In this document: one piece after another, positions 36,321 to 47,390 of the stretch
Position numbering within the stretch: position 1 is the stretch's first letter
Layout: every line of letters begins with the position of its first letter
DNA from: Nemertoderma westbladi
Lineage: Eukaryota > Animalia > Xenacoelomorpha
Assembly (NCBI GenBank): GCA_032718475.1
Contig: JAUCBJ010007329.1
Location: 124,001-188,000, forward strand
Length of the DNA stretch: 64,000 bases
Direction: 5' to 3'
Position numbers and translations under genes: made by a program
The notes under the pieces: model-generated
What the model was told of the DNA's origin: nothing
Databases searched by the model: none
The model's input: the letters and a program-made list of their open reading frames with translations, nothing else

Positions 36321-37466
36321 AATAATAATAATAATAATAATATTTATTTATAACGCGCCCTATCAGTTAGTACAAGTTGTTCAGGGCGCAATGATAAAAA
36401 CCAACTATAGTATCTTAAAAATATATATATAGTTAGTACAGTAAAAATAAGTTTTGAATAAACTTAATTGTGGAACAGTGAAATAAAAAATTAAAATACA
36501 GATTAGTCTGTAGAATACTCCAATCGAAACAGGTGGGTTTTTAGACGAGAGTTAAACGTTTCGACCGTCGTGGCATTCCGCACATATAGTGGAAGCGAAT
36601 TCCAGATAGTTGGTGCAGCAACCGAAAAGGAACGTTTACCATAGTGCTCCATCCTGTACCGGGGTACAGTAAGTAGCCCAGCACTGCCTGATCTCAATGC
36701 ACGGATTGGAATGTATGGGACAAGTAGATTGCATAAGTATTGCGGAGCCAGCCCGTGTAAACACTTAAACGTTAGTGATGCTATTTTATAATTTATTCGG
36801 CGGCGTACAGGTAACCAATGAAGTTCACGCAGTACTGGCGTTATGTGATCCCGTTTACGTGTATTCGTCAGCATCCTCGCTGCACAATTCTGCACGTATT
36901 GTAGTCTTGAAATGTATTTCGCAGGCAACCCATAATATAGTGAATTAAACGCGTCTAGTTTACTGGATATAAGCGCATGAATAAGAATTTCGAGCTCTTT
37001 ATTTCCAAAATAACGCTTTACTTTTGACAGACTACGCAAATGGTAGAACGCGTCTCTGACAGTGATAGCGATCTGTTTGGAATTCATCATATAACAATCC
37101 ATTTGATACCCCAGACTACGTGCACCAGATTTGCATTCAACGGTATCAACACCAACTCGAACCTGATGTAGGTTTAAGTCCGGGTTGAAGCGGGACTGCA
37201 AGACCAATATTTCAGTTTTATCTGTATTGAGTTTAAGGAAATGTTTTCTCATCCATGCATTCACATCTTCGAGACATTTTTCTGTTACAGTTACCGCATG
37301 ATTTATATCTGCAGGCTTAAAGGCGATATATATTTGGGTGTCGTCCGCATATAGATGGTATTTAAGGCCATGTTTAATTATCACGGAGGACAACGATCGT
37401 GTGTAGATACTGAATAATACCGGCCCCAATACAGATCCCTGTGGTAATCCAAACTTAAGTTTTTTC
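36321..37466 (-). mobile_element. 5'-truncated L2 (CR1/L2 group) LINE with open RT C-terminal ORF
   Basis: [41 protein letters not shown] and [10 protein letters not shown] motifs (ORF stop at 36503). 3' stem-loop (gcgccct...agggcgc) and (TTA)n tail. Confidence 0.93.
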
Positions 37467-37774
37467 TGGTACATGCTGGGTACATGCTACTTTGTACGTG
37501 GAAACCATAAACATTGCTTATTGAGTATTTTTGTTAAGTCGAACATTGGCAACTGATCCATAAATACGTACATCTAGACTCATCCGTACATCTGCTCCTA
37601 CATTGATCACTTATGTATGGTGATAAACATTTCATACAATATGCAGGCTGCAGCACAGTCAAGACCTTGCAATCGAGAATTTATAGAATTCTTACAAGAC
37701 GGTACAAAAATGAAATAAGGCTAAACAGATTTATTTAATTTGTATTGTATAGGATAAATATTTAGGTCAGGCAG

Positions 37775-37862
37775 ATGGGACCACACACCTAATAAATGGG
37801 ACCACACACCTAATAAATGGGACCACACACCTAATAAATGGGACCACACACCTAATAAATGG
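37775..37862. repeat. 21-bp tandem repeat x4
   Basis: atgggaccacacacctaataa repeated. Confidence 0.9.
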
Positions 37863-38242
37863 AAGAGCAAATGAAAGTAAGTGTAAGAATAAGCGTAACT
37901 AGGAAGGAGTATGTCTCTTAGTTATTTAATAGTCTAATTGCGCTAACTTTTGGTGTTATTTCACTATATATATTATTAGTATATGGCTCTGTCATGGAAT
38001 TACGAAAATAATAATAATAATTTTTACATATCGTATTTTATGATGGTTGTGTTTTTTTTTAATCATTTCAATTCTAATCTTTTTATCAATTCAATACAAT
38101 GGCCACTCCTTTTAGTATACATAGCTGGGAGTAATAGATATAGATCTGCACCCCCACACCAATGTGAGTGTAACCTGTATACTTTCGATTTTTTTGTAAA
38201 GTTCTAGCCCGAAGCGGGGATTAAAAGGTGTTTAGCTGAGGA

Positions 38243-39261
38243 AGATAGAGTGAAGTGATAGAGGATAGAACTGGTTGAACGGGATAGAGTGAAGTGATAG
38301 AGGATAGAACTGGTTGAACGGGATAGAGTGAAGTGATAGAGGATAGAACTGGTTGAACGGGATAGAGTGAAGTGATAGAGGATAGAACTGGTTGAACGGG
38401 ATAGAGTGAAGTGATAGAGGATAGAACTGGTTGAACGGGATAGAGTGAAGTGATAGAGGATAGAACTGGTTGAACGGGATAGAGTGAAGTGATAGAGGAT
38501 AGAACTGGTTGAACGGGATAGAGTGAAGTGATAGAGGATAGAACTGGTTGAACGGGATAGAGTGAAGTGATAGAGGATAGAACTGGTTGAACGGGATAGA
38601 GTGAAGTGATAGAGGATAGAACTGGTTGAACGGGATAGAGTGAAGTGATAGAGGATAGAACTGGTTGAACGGGATAGAGTGAAGTGATAGAGGATAGAAC
38701 TGGTTGAACGGGATAGAGTGAAGTGATAGAGGATAGAACTGGTTGAACGGGATAGAGTGAAGTGATAGAGGATAGAACTGGTTGAACGGGATAGAGTGAA
38801 GTGATAGAGGATAGAACTGGTTGAACGGGATAGAGTGAAGTGATAGAGGATAGAACTGGTTGAACGGGATATAGTGAAGTGATAGAGGATAGAACTGGTT
38901 GAACGGGATAGAGTGAAGTGATAGAGGATAGAACTGGTTGAACGGGATAGAGTGAAGTGATAGAGGATAGAACTGGTTGAACGGGATAGAGTGAAGTGAT
39001 AGAGGATAGAACTGGTTGAACGGGATAGAGTGAAGTGATAGAGGATAGAACTGGTTGAACGGGATAGAGTGAAGTGATAGAGGATAGAACTGGTTGAACG
39101 GGATAGAGTGAAGTGATAGAGGATAGAACTGGTTGAACGGGATAGAGTGAAGTGATAGAGGATAGAACTGGTTGAACGGGATAGAGTGAAGTGATAGAGG
39201 ATAGAACTGGTTGAACGGGATAGAGTGAAGTGATAGAGGATAGAACTGGTTGAACGGGATA
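38243..39261. repeat. 39-bp minisatellite, ~26 almost invariant units
   Basis: GATAGAGTGAAGTGATAGAGGATAGAACTGGTTGAACGG; one variant seen near 38872. Confidence 0.97.
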
Positions 39262-39975
39262 TTTCTTGGAGAACTTTTATCTTACTTTTATTACATTTAT
39301 GTAAATTTTGCACAGAAATTGTTAAATTTCCAATTCAAACAATAATCTAAAGAAATAAATATGAGGAATCTCTAAATAAATGCAATTCATGTATTACAAT
39401 AATGTAGACATGTAATGGTTTGTGAAAAAGAAATAATATTGGATTTATCTTTAAAAAAATATACTAGATTACATTTAAAAAATAATACTATATTTAAAAC
39501 TACAAAACAGGCAACTGGATAGAATCTTGACCTTGAATATAAAAAAGTAACATTTATTTACTAAATATCATTTGAATCAATTTGTTTAATCTCGAGTACT
39601 TGAGTTGCATAATTATTCCATTAATTAACCTATTTATTACCAGTTTATTATTATTATTATTAATTTCTTTTGAAGTTTGATTCTTTCCTTTAAGAAGTAA
39701 AATGTAGGTACTTTACATACTGACAGTAGTGTGAGTGGGATGGAGAACGGGTAATGCAATAAAGTGAAACGTAAAATTAAATTATTTCACTTTTAAAAAC
39801 TGAACTTATAAAATAAATATAAGCGCTAAATCAAAAACTATGGCTCTGGATGGACATCGACGTTTGTTCTTCAAATTTCACGAATTAAATAAAAAAAGAA
39901 AATATTTACAATTAAATTACTATATACTATTCCATATATATCTTATACAAATTTAATAACAGTTTGTCAACAACA

Positions 39976-41538
39976 ATGTTTCATTATAACTTATTTACTA
40001 TAACAATAATTCTAAGTTTTATGGTATATGTTTATAATATTTATAACAATCGATCTTCCAATTTTTTCACCCGAAAACATTATGACAATGTTTTCGACGA
40101 AGCAGTGATTTATAAAAATAATCCTCATTTGAATATAACAACTCCATTATTGAGACCACTAACCTTTCTTTCTGGTAATGACATACCATTTGGAACACCG
40201 AATCGATCTAAGCTAACTGCACCTACTGGATGGATAGAACTTCGTACTTCAACTATACCAGGTGCTGGATTGGGTGCATTCGCTGACAGGGATTTACCAA
40301 TTGGGACATTCTTTGAATGCGAGGGTTTACTTCAGTACGCTGCTAACCAAACACGCACGAGTACGAATGTATACAGCTGGGTAGTTCCCAATCGCAAGAA
40401 CACTTCCGTGCCTCTCAGGTTGAATGCAGAAAATTCAGAATCGTCTAATTGGGCAAGATATGTAAATTCCGCAAACTTTTTAGAAGAGCAAAATGTTATA
40501 GCAAACACTTACAATGAACATGTTTACTATATAACATTGCGTGAAATTAACCAAGGTGAAGAACTTCTTGCTTGGTACGGTTCCCAATATGCTAACACCA
40601 GAAGCTATTTCATTGTGCCATCTAAAGATCAAGCTTATATTAAAGTTAACATGTCACCTCAAGAAATGCACATTTTGTCGGGGAACTGCAAACGGGACAA
40701 CCAATTGAAATACTGGGAGGATGATTGTACCGAGAGAAGTTATCAAATCTTGGAGTTACTTGTTGCTGGAGCTCCAAAATTAGGCAACCCATCAGAATAC
40801 ATTCAAAAATATATATATGGAAAGAGTTCAACTGCATCTGCAACAGTGAATATTACTAAATTACTTGTCTTAAACGATTACCCTACCATACCTGGAATGA
40901 TAAACAGGGGCATGCTAACGACGCCATCGTCCTTTGTTATTAGAGAGTCGACAATTGGAGGGGCAGGTTTGGGGGCATTTGCTACAGAAAATATTCCCGT
41001 AGGAACGATAATATCAATGAAGGGACGCATTATAAAGGACCCACTGTTTCATATGGGAAGATATTCTTGGGTAATGCTTATTGATAACAACATCAGAACC
41101 ATATTAGATACTGATGACATTCGCTTCTCCAATTGGGTACGATTTGTTAATTCAGCTAATTGCCAACAGCAATTTAATACTCTTATATTTAGTGATAATG
41201 ATAAAATGTTTCTGATAATTACAAAAGCGATACCGGCTGGGAAAGAACTTTTAGTCTGGTATGGTAAGAGTGCACTAAACCAACACAACATAACTCAGGA
41301 TTCCGGAATAGAAGAATTTGAGAGCCTCATTTCTATACCCACAGCTGGGGGTACGTTTCATGGTTTATTTATTGGAAAGAAACCGCAAGGACTAACCTCA
41401 TTTTATTTCCTTCATCCGTCATTTGGTTATGCAAGAAATATTACCGCATTGGATGCTGTCTCATTAGCTGATAATTTTGAAGAGTTAAGCAGCGATAGAA
41501 TATTAAGGGACTATCTTGTTTCTATTGCAAAGTATTGA
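39976..41538 (+). CDS. Signal-anchor plus tandem PR/SET domain protein (paralogue 2)
   Basis: First ATG at 39976 (MFHYNLFTITIILSFMVYVY...). Two PR/SET domains, colinear with paralogues 1 and 3. Intronless. Confidence 0.85.
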   Translation: MFHYNLFTITIILSFMVYVYNIYNNRSSNFFTRKHYDNVFDEAVIYKNNPHLNITTPLLRPLTFLSGNDIPFGTPNRSKLTAPTGWIELRTSTIPGAGLGAFADRDLPIGTFFECEGLLQYAANQTRTSTNVYSWVVPNRKNTSVPLRLNAENSESSNWARYVNSANFLEEQNVIANTYNEHVYYITLREINQGEELLAWYGSQYANTRSYFIVPSKDQAYIKVNMSPQEMHILSGNCKRDNQLKYWEDDCTERSYQILELLVAGAPKLGNPSEYIQKYIYGKSSTASATVNITKLLVLNDYPTIPGMINRGMLTTPSSFVIRESTIGGAGLGAFATENIPVGTIISMKGRIIKDPLFHMGRYSWVMLIDNNIRTILDTDDIRFSNWVRFVNSANCQQQFNTLIFSDNDKMFLIITKAIPAGKELLVWYGKSALNQHNITQDSGIEEFESLISIPTAGGTFHGLFIGKKPQGLTSFYFLHPSFGYARNITALDAVSLADNFEELSSDRILRDYLVSIAKY

Positions 41539-41629
41539 ACTACAGTATTTTCGAATTGCTTTTGAATGATTTCTATTTTTTTTATTGTTCTAAATTACAC
41601 CATTTATCTATATATCTATAATCGGCCTG

Positions 41630-41945
41630 CTGCATTGAAGCTGCACAATGAGATTCTGGCTTAACATAAATATTTTGCCACCACCATGGATTCAACAATT
41701 GGCAAGCCCAATGCAGCGTGCATTTGCTAGATCATCCGCATCTTCAAGGCCAGTGTCCTTTAAGATGCGTCTCAAGAAAATCATGGGCTGTCCACCACGC
41801 TTATTTTCCCCATGGGGCTGCGAAAGCATTAGATTGTGCACAGGCTGGTCCTCACGGCGAAAGCAATGTCTTGCAAAGCGGAGGCAGCTTTGTTCGAGAG
41901 TCAAGCTTGGGGGATCCAATAAGATACCTCCAATGCCATATAGTG
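41630..41945 (-). mobile_element. RTE-clade LINE 3' fragment
   Basis: LRFARHCFR...QPHG..KRGGQP..FL..ILKDTG, typical of the RTE C-terminus. Confidence 0.65.
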
Positions 41946-41954
41946 TCTAGTTAG

Positions 41955-42235
41955 AAATGTGTACACTGTACACAGGAAAGACCATGCAGGCCATCAAGTA
42001 GAACTCGACTGCCACATCGGTCGCATGTGCGTGGTTCTACCACCTTGCACCCCAGACGAGTAGCAACGGTTAACCGAAACTCACTACCAGTGAGACTCAA
42101 CCCCAACCCGGTGCTTGGGAGGGCATCAAGCCAGCAACCTGCAGTTGGATCATCGAGGGAGTTCACTTGGGCAAAGTTGAGGGGCGACGCTACGAGGCGA
42201 AGCATTGCAAGGTTCTCCTTGAGGATGGGGGCGGA
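41955..42235 (-). mobile_element. CRE-like non-LTR retrotransposon fragment
   Basis: AGCWLDALPS..LGL.L...EFR..VA.RLG......C..CG......GLH.LSC motif. Confidence 0.65.
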
Positions 42236-42849
42236 ATATTATTAATTACTTCTATTATTAGTTCCCTATTATTAGTATTATTAGTTATATTATTATTACC
42301 CAGTACATCAATATATGATATCAATTTTGCAAACACCTTTTGTTTTTACCATTCTTTGATGCAATAATCATTTAATAACTCTTAGGCATACATATTAAGG
42401 AAAAACGCTTAGTAGAGCTAATAAATGTGTTTAATAGAGATAAATATAGTTATTGTAATTCCGCAATATATTAACTATATTATATATTTTTTCTTAAATT
42501 ATAGCACAACAAACAATGGCTAGTATCAGTGAACAAACCTACTGTATAACTATACATACAATGTTATACACATGTTGGCAGGACGAGGACAATAAAACTC
42601 AGTATTGGGTAGCCAGATCAACCCCCCGCAGACCTGCCCCATCCCCAAAGCCCGACCCACGCCAAGACCGTCGACCACCTCTGAGGCAGAGAGAATTCGA
42701 TCGGAGGAGGGCGAATGGAATCCTCCGGCGAACTCCACCCTGCACACAGGCAAGGCCCCTCTCGGCCATCCTAGCTTGTCTTAATGGGCCGCAGATATAC
42801 TTTATCCCTCCACAATAGTGATTAATGGCAGTGAAGCCACACAGCTTCC

Positions 42850-43490
42850 AACCGTTCCTTCAGTGGGCGACTTAGAGCTCACAGATCTCACGCTCAGCTA
42901 TACACTTTCCTAGTTCCTGTCCTTAAACGTTTGAGGAACGATTGGCTGTCCACCATATCTATTCTCATCAGATGTGGTGAGACAGCAAAAGCATAAGTAT
43001 GTGTACAAGTTGATACTTCCGGTTCAAAACAGTGATCAGCAAGCTTCAGGTGCCTCTCTGCAGGGTGATGCTGTGTCTTGTCAAGAGATGTTACTATAGT
43101 TTATAATACCTCATTGCTCATGTGTGCATCACAGGGAATGTTGTGCACCCTGACTTGCTAGCATCCTGGTATATTCAATATGCCGAAACCTGGTGTTTCC
43201 AGCAGTCAGTGCCCAGTACTAACTAAGCAGCTCAGACTCCATTGCTACCTGGAAAAGGCGTCACAACTCTTCCAGATCCTGGATAGCTTATGGATGACAG
43301 TCCAGGCTTTGCCTTTGCGAGCCCATGACATTAACGAACTACGAACCAATGATCCAATCCAATGTAGCATAAGTCATTCACATTACCTCCAGTCCATCCA
43401 GGGTTTAAATGTTATCACGTTCAATTTTCTGCTGGTCTGTGTCCATGCAATTCACAAAGTGGCCAAAACTGAATGCAGCCTCCTCTAAGC
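42850..43490 (-). mobile_element. Highly decayed RTE-like LINE fragment
   Basis: Patchy translations such as FQVAMESELL and LKLADHCF; many stops. Confidence 0.35.
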
Positions 43491-44022
43491 TAGATAACAG
43501 CTAATAATCCCTCCAATGTATCTGACAGTAGACCAAGGGCAAGAGCTATCGAGGTCGCAGATCACGATCAACACGATGACACGACAAAATACAAGCATTT
43601 GTTTGTATTTGTTATTTGTATTTGTCATGCCGCATATTGACACATATCAACAAAATGCCCTAATGTACGATATATTTCAGTGTCTTATCATTTCAGTAAT
43701 ATATTATCATACTTGCACTACTTGCTTTTTTCGTGACCGTGGGACCACATTCAAAATTACCAATAATTTTCTCGACTGTTAATTTGAGTTATATAATCTT
43801 GATCAGCATCCGTTATGTACTACAAATATATGTATTTTAGTGAGACATAAATATTTTTGAAGATGGGTGCCAGAAAGGGACCACAGCACGAAAACTAACA
43901 TAGCCATGTAAATTACGTTGAACGTAAATTGTAAATTACGTAAATTGTAAATTGTAAATTACGTAAATTACGTTTGATAGCCGATTAAATTTTAGGAAAG
44001 GTCAAGAAATTTCGGTTTTCCC

Positions 44023-44611
44023 TGTGACGGGATCCGGGAATCCCGACCGGTTGGTTATTCTATTTACGCGTCCCCGCCGTGTGTGAAAAGAGTTCGTTGG
44101 ATTGAGAGTTCTGAAGTTCTTGATTAACATGTATAAAATATAGTGAACGAATAATATAAGCACAGTTAATAGGATCAAGTAATAAGTGAATGATATACTG
44201 GTAAAAATAGATGATGATGCTGGCCGCAGTGGACGGTAATAGAAGTTGCCGTTCCGCCCTAACTGAACTGACTAACTAAGTAAAGATATGGGAAACAGTA
44301 ACTGGTAATATACTGCCCTAGGTTGGCCATATTACTCAGCGGATGCCTGCCCCCCATTGGCTAACAACTTAATTCTCGCCCTCCCATCACTCTCCCATCT
44401 CTGGGAGTGTTTCCCCCCACTACTGTCATTCTCTCCCTCCCGGTGGTATAACCTCTGACCCCCGCTGTGTGTGTTCCTTTGGGGCCTGTCTTCCCCGTTT
44501 ATTGGGGTGATACGAGGTTGATTGGCAATCAACCTCGTACTCCCAATATTGCTTAAAGTTGCCCTGCTTGGCCAACTTTATGGGGTGGTTGGCGAATTGA
44601 ATTCGCTAACA
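44023..44611 (-). repeat. BEL-2 3' LTR
   Basis: TGTTAGCG...GTCACA on the minus strand; homologous to 54675-56825. Confidence 0.9.
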
Positions 44612-45304
44612 CTCCCCCCCATGCTATCTTCCCGGTGAGAAGATAGCATCCACCTCTAGTGCGCTACAATTCCGCTGGATCCCGATCTACTATCGGGTGT
44701 GGGGTGGAATTATTTTCTTTGGAGCCGGCTTTCCAGGCCGCTCCCTATGGGTATGATATCGCTACCCCGTCTTTCTGGCGTCCCGTGTCGGGCCGATCGT
44801 GACTTTCTCTCACGCGATTTTTGTTTTCCCAACACTCTCGCCACTCTAACTCCACTCTACTCTTACCCTGACTCTCCTCTACTTATCTTCACTTCCGCTC
44901 TAACTCTCGGACCTCCTAGTCCCTCACTCTGGTTTCTTACTTCTCCCCCCCCCCCCCCCACACTTGAATTGCACCCGCACTCTCTCCTCGCTATTACTCG
45001 ACCCCTATCTCACCCACTCACTCCTGACGAGTCTCACCCCCCTCCTGTGCCGTCGCAATCAAGAAGTGTCATGTCGTCCAATGTCTCGTTTGTGATTCAC
45101 AGTACCATAGTAAACTGGTCCCCAGTCCCAGTAGCTAATTGGAAAAAGGTTATATGGCTATAGTACTTACTTTGATTATATTTGCTTACTAGACTAATGA
45201 TTACTACATACGTACATACTAATTGCACTTTTAATTATTTAAGTTTTGCAGTTAGGAGTTCGTACTTCTCACGTGGTGCCTTCCAGGCATCCCACATCCA
45301 AGTC

Positions 45305-47390
45305 CTAGTTCGTTCCACCTGACTTTGGGAACCATCTCAAGTCCTTCCCTCTGTCCTCCTCCTCTCTTGGTCGTTTCCTGGCCGCTGCCGCTCCCTTGGT
45401 CTTATCTCCCTTCAGACTCCTGACCCTCGCCGTCACCTCTCTACTAATCCCGGTCGTCGACTCCTTGGGCGCTGGTGTTATTAGCTCCCGGTATCGCTTT
45501 GCGGGTGGCCCCTCTGAGTGGCCCTGTTGTCTCCCCCTGATGGCGTCCCATAGGATCACTTTCATCGCCCGCTGCACATGCTCCGCCAAGAAATCTCTGA
45601 ACTCCCCTCTGTTCTGTGGCATCCACCTGTCCAAATACCTCTGCGTATTTATCACCCCGGCGTACGGCGCCGCCGTTGATACCTCCTGGTAGGTAAACGG
45701 AAGTCTTTGTTTGATAATCTCCATGTGGGCCTCCTGATTGATATTAAAGAAGCCCCACCGGAACTCCTGGACCTTCATACGTTGCCGTGTCATGGCGCCG
45801 ACGTCGGCCCACTCCTCGAAGATCCTAAACTTCTCTTCGTCGTCCATCCAATCGCACTGGCGTCCGTAGTGCCCCCGGAAGTTGCACTTCGAACACCGGT
45901 TGTGCAACCGTGGACACGCCCCCATCCTGTGGCTCGACTCGGGGCAGTAGAGACAACTAGTCCCTTTCTGGAACCAGTACAGACAGCTCCTTTCCTGGTG
46001 GGTTTGCCTCCCACAGTAATCACAGCCGAGCACCAATGTCTCCCGCCCCACGTCGTCTTTCGTCCCAAGCGATCTCCGCGGTCTGTGGAGTCGCTGGTAA
46101 GCGAACTTTTGGACGTTAGCGTCCCTGTCCACGTCTATCTCCTCGCCCCTCCCGGGCATCGTCTCCCCTAATACTACCCGTGGTTCCGTTCCCGGTTGCT
46201 CGCCCAACCTGATGGTGCTCCCCGCGAAATCCATCGCCGGCTCCTCATGCACCCAGGCCCGCTTGCCGGGTCTATCCCAGAAGGCTCTCGCCCCACTGGC
46301 CGTCACCACCCTCCCACCAACCCAGTCCGTGTCCGAGTGGCCGATCCTCCCGATGGGCGGCATCTCTCCGAACTCGTCGTCATCCTCGTCCTCCTCTGGG
46401 AGTGGCTCCAACCCCGGTATCCCGGTGGACCCACCGTGTCCCTTCCCACCTTGGCTCTCGCCCATGATTCTCCATCCTTCCAGCTCCCCTGGCCTCCTCA
46501 GTGTATAATCGCCCTCAGCGCCTGCTGGTATGGGCGTCGTCTGCAATCCCTATGTCGACTGTTTCGGTGATCCCACCATCCACCCTAATTCTCGCCCTAG
46601 AGAATCCCCCGAACTCCCTGATGACGTCCAACGAAGTTCATCTAAGGCCGCCTGTTCCTCGAACCCATAACTTTCCTTTCTTGCTTCCTCCTCCCTTTCT
46701 TCTGCCTCCCTCCTTTCTCGCCTAGAGATTTCTTCTAATCGCTTCGCTTCTCGTCTATCCGCCTCTAGCTGCTCCCACCTCTGATATGGCGTATCCACCT
46801 CCCCGTCTATTAGATGTCAGCAGTTATAGTACACCAACTCGCCCTTCAGCCCCGGGTGGTCTACCAGACCCTCGAAAGCCATCTTGAAGGCTCTTCTGTA
46901 GTTCAGGGGTGATCCCGATAGCAGGAATGCTGTTGGTTCTTTCTCAATGACAACGGTCATGAATAGGTTAAGCAAACCCATCATTATCCAGTCCTCCTGC
47001 AGGATATATCCCTTCTGATATACCTTTATCGCTCCTCTCCGGAATTGATACACCTCTTGTTTCCCTGGCCTCGCTCCCCACTTCAGCGAGTTCGCCAACT
47101 CCGCTCCGTACTCCTCTCTGAACTTACCCCAGTCCATTGGTTTGTGACACACGAGCCCCATTAGCTGGCCCATCGCCACCGCTCCACAATGGCCTGAGTT
47201 CTCCACTAGTCCCAACCCATCCGGTGCTGTCATAGCCATGTAGACCATCTGCATGTCCAGGAGGTTGGGGGTGTCCGGACTGATGATTCTCTCTGCATCG
47301 TCGCGGATTGCCGATCCCACCTTCGTCGTCGACTTCTCTCTTACTAGGGTTTCAGGCTTACTAGGAGTCCCAGATGATCTGGTGGCGTGG
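45305..47390 (-). pseudogene. BEL-2 accessory reading frame: OTU-like protease, coiled coil, three CCHC zinc knuckles, basic tail
   Basis: The 3' part of ORF 46817-51001 and ORFs 46550-46798 and 45305-46546 are one frame broken by single stops at 46817 and 46550. NSGHCGAVAM...DW..FR..EL...EDW and LVYYNC*HL motifs. Knuckles CDYC.4.H.4.C, CLYC and CSKC. Confidence 0.6.

Noticed and set aside
35796-36353. Cys/His-rich repeat ORFs
   Set aside because: The 17-bp unit cycles through frames; no coding signal.
38204-39313. 369-aa repeat ORF, and a possible CRISPR-like array
   Set aside because: Head-to-tail 39-bp units with no unique spacers and no synonymous variation; eukaryotic context, no cas genes.
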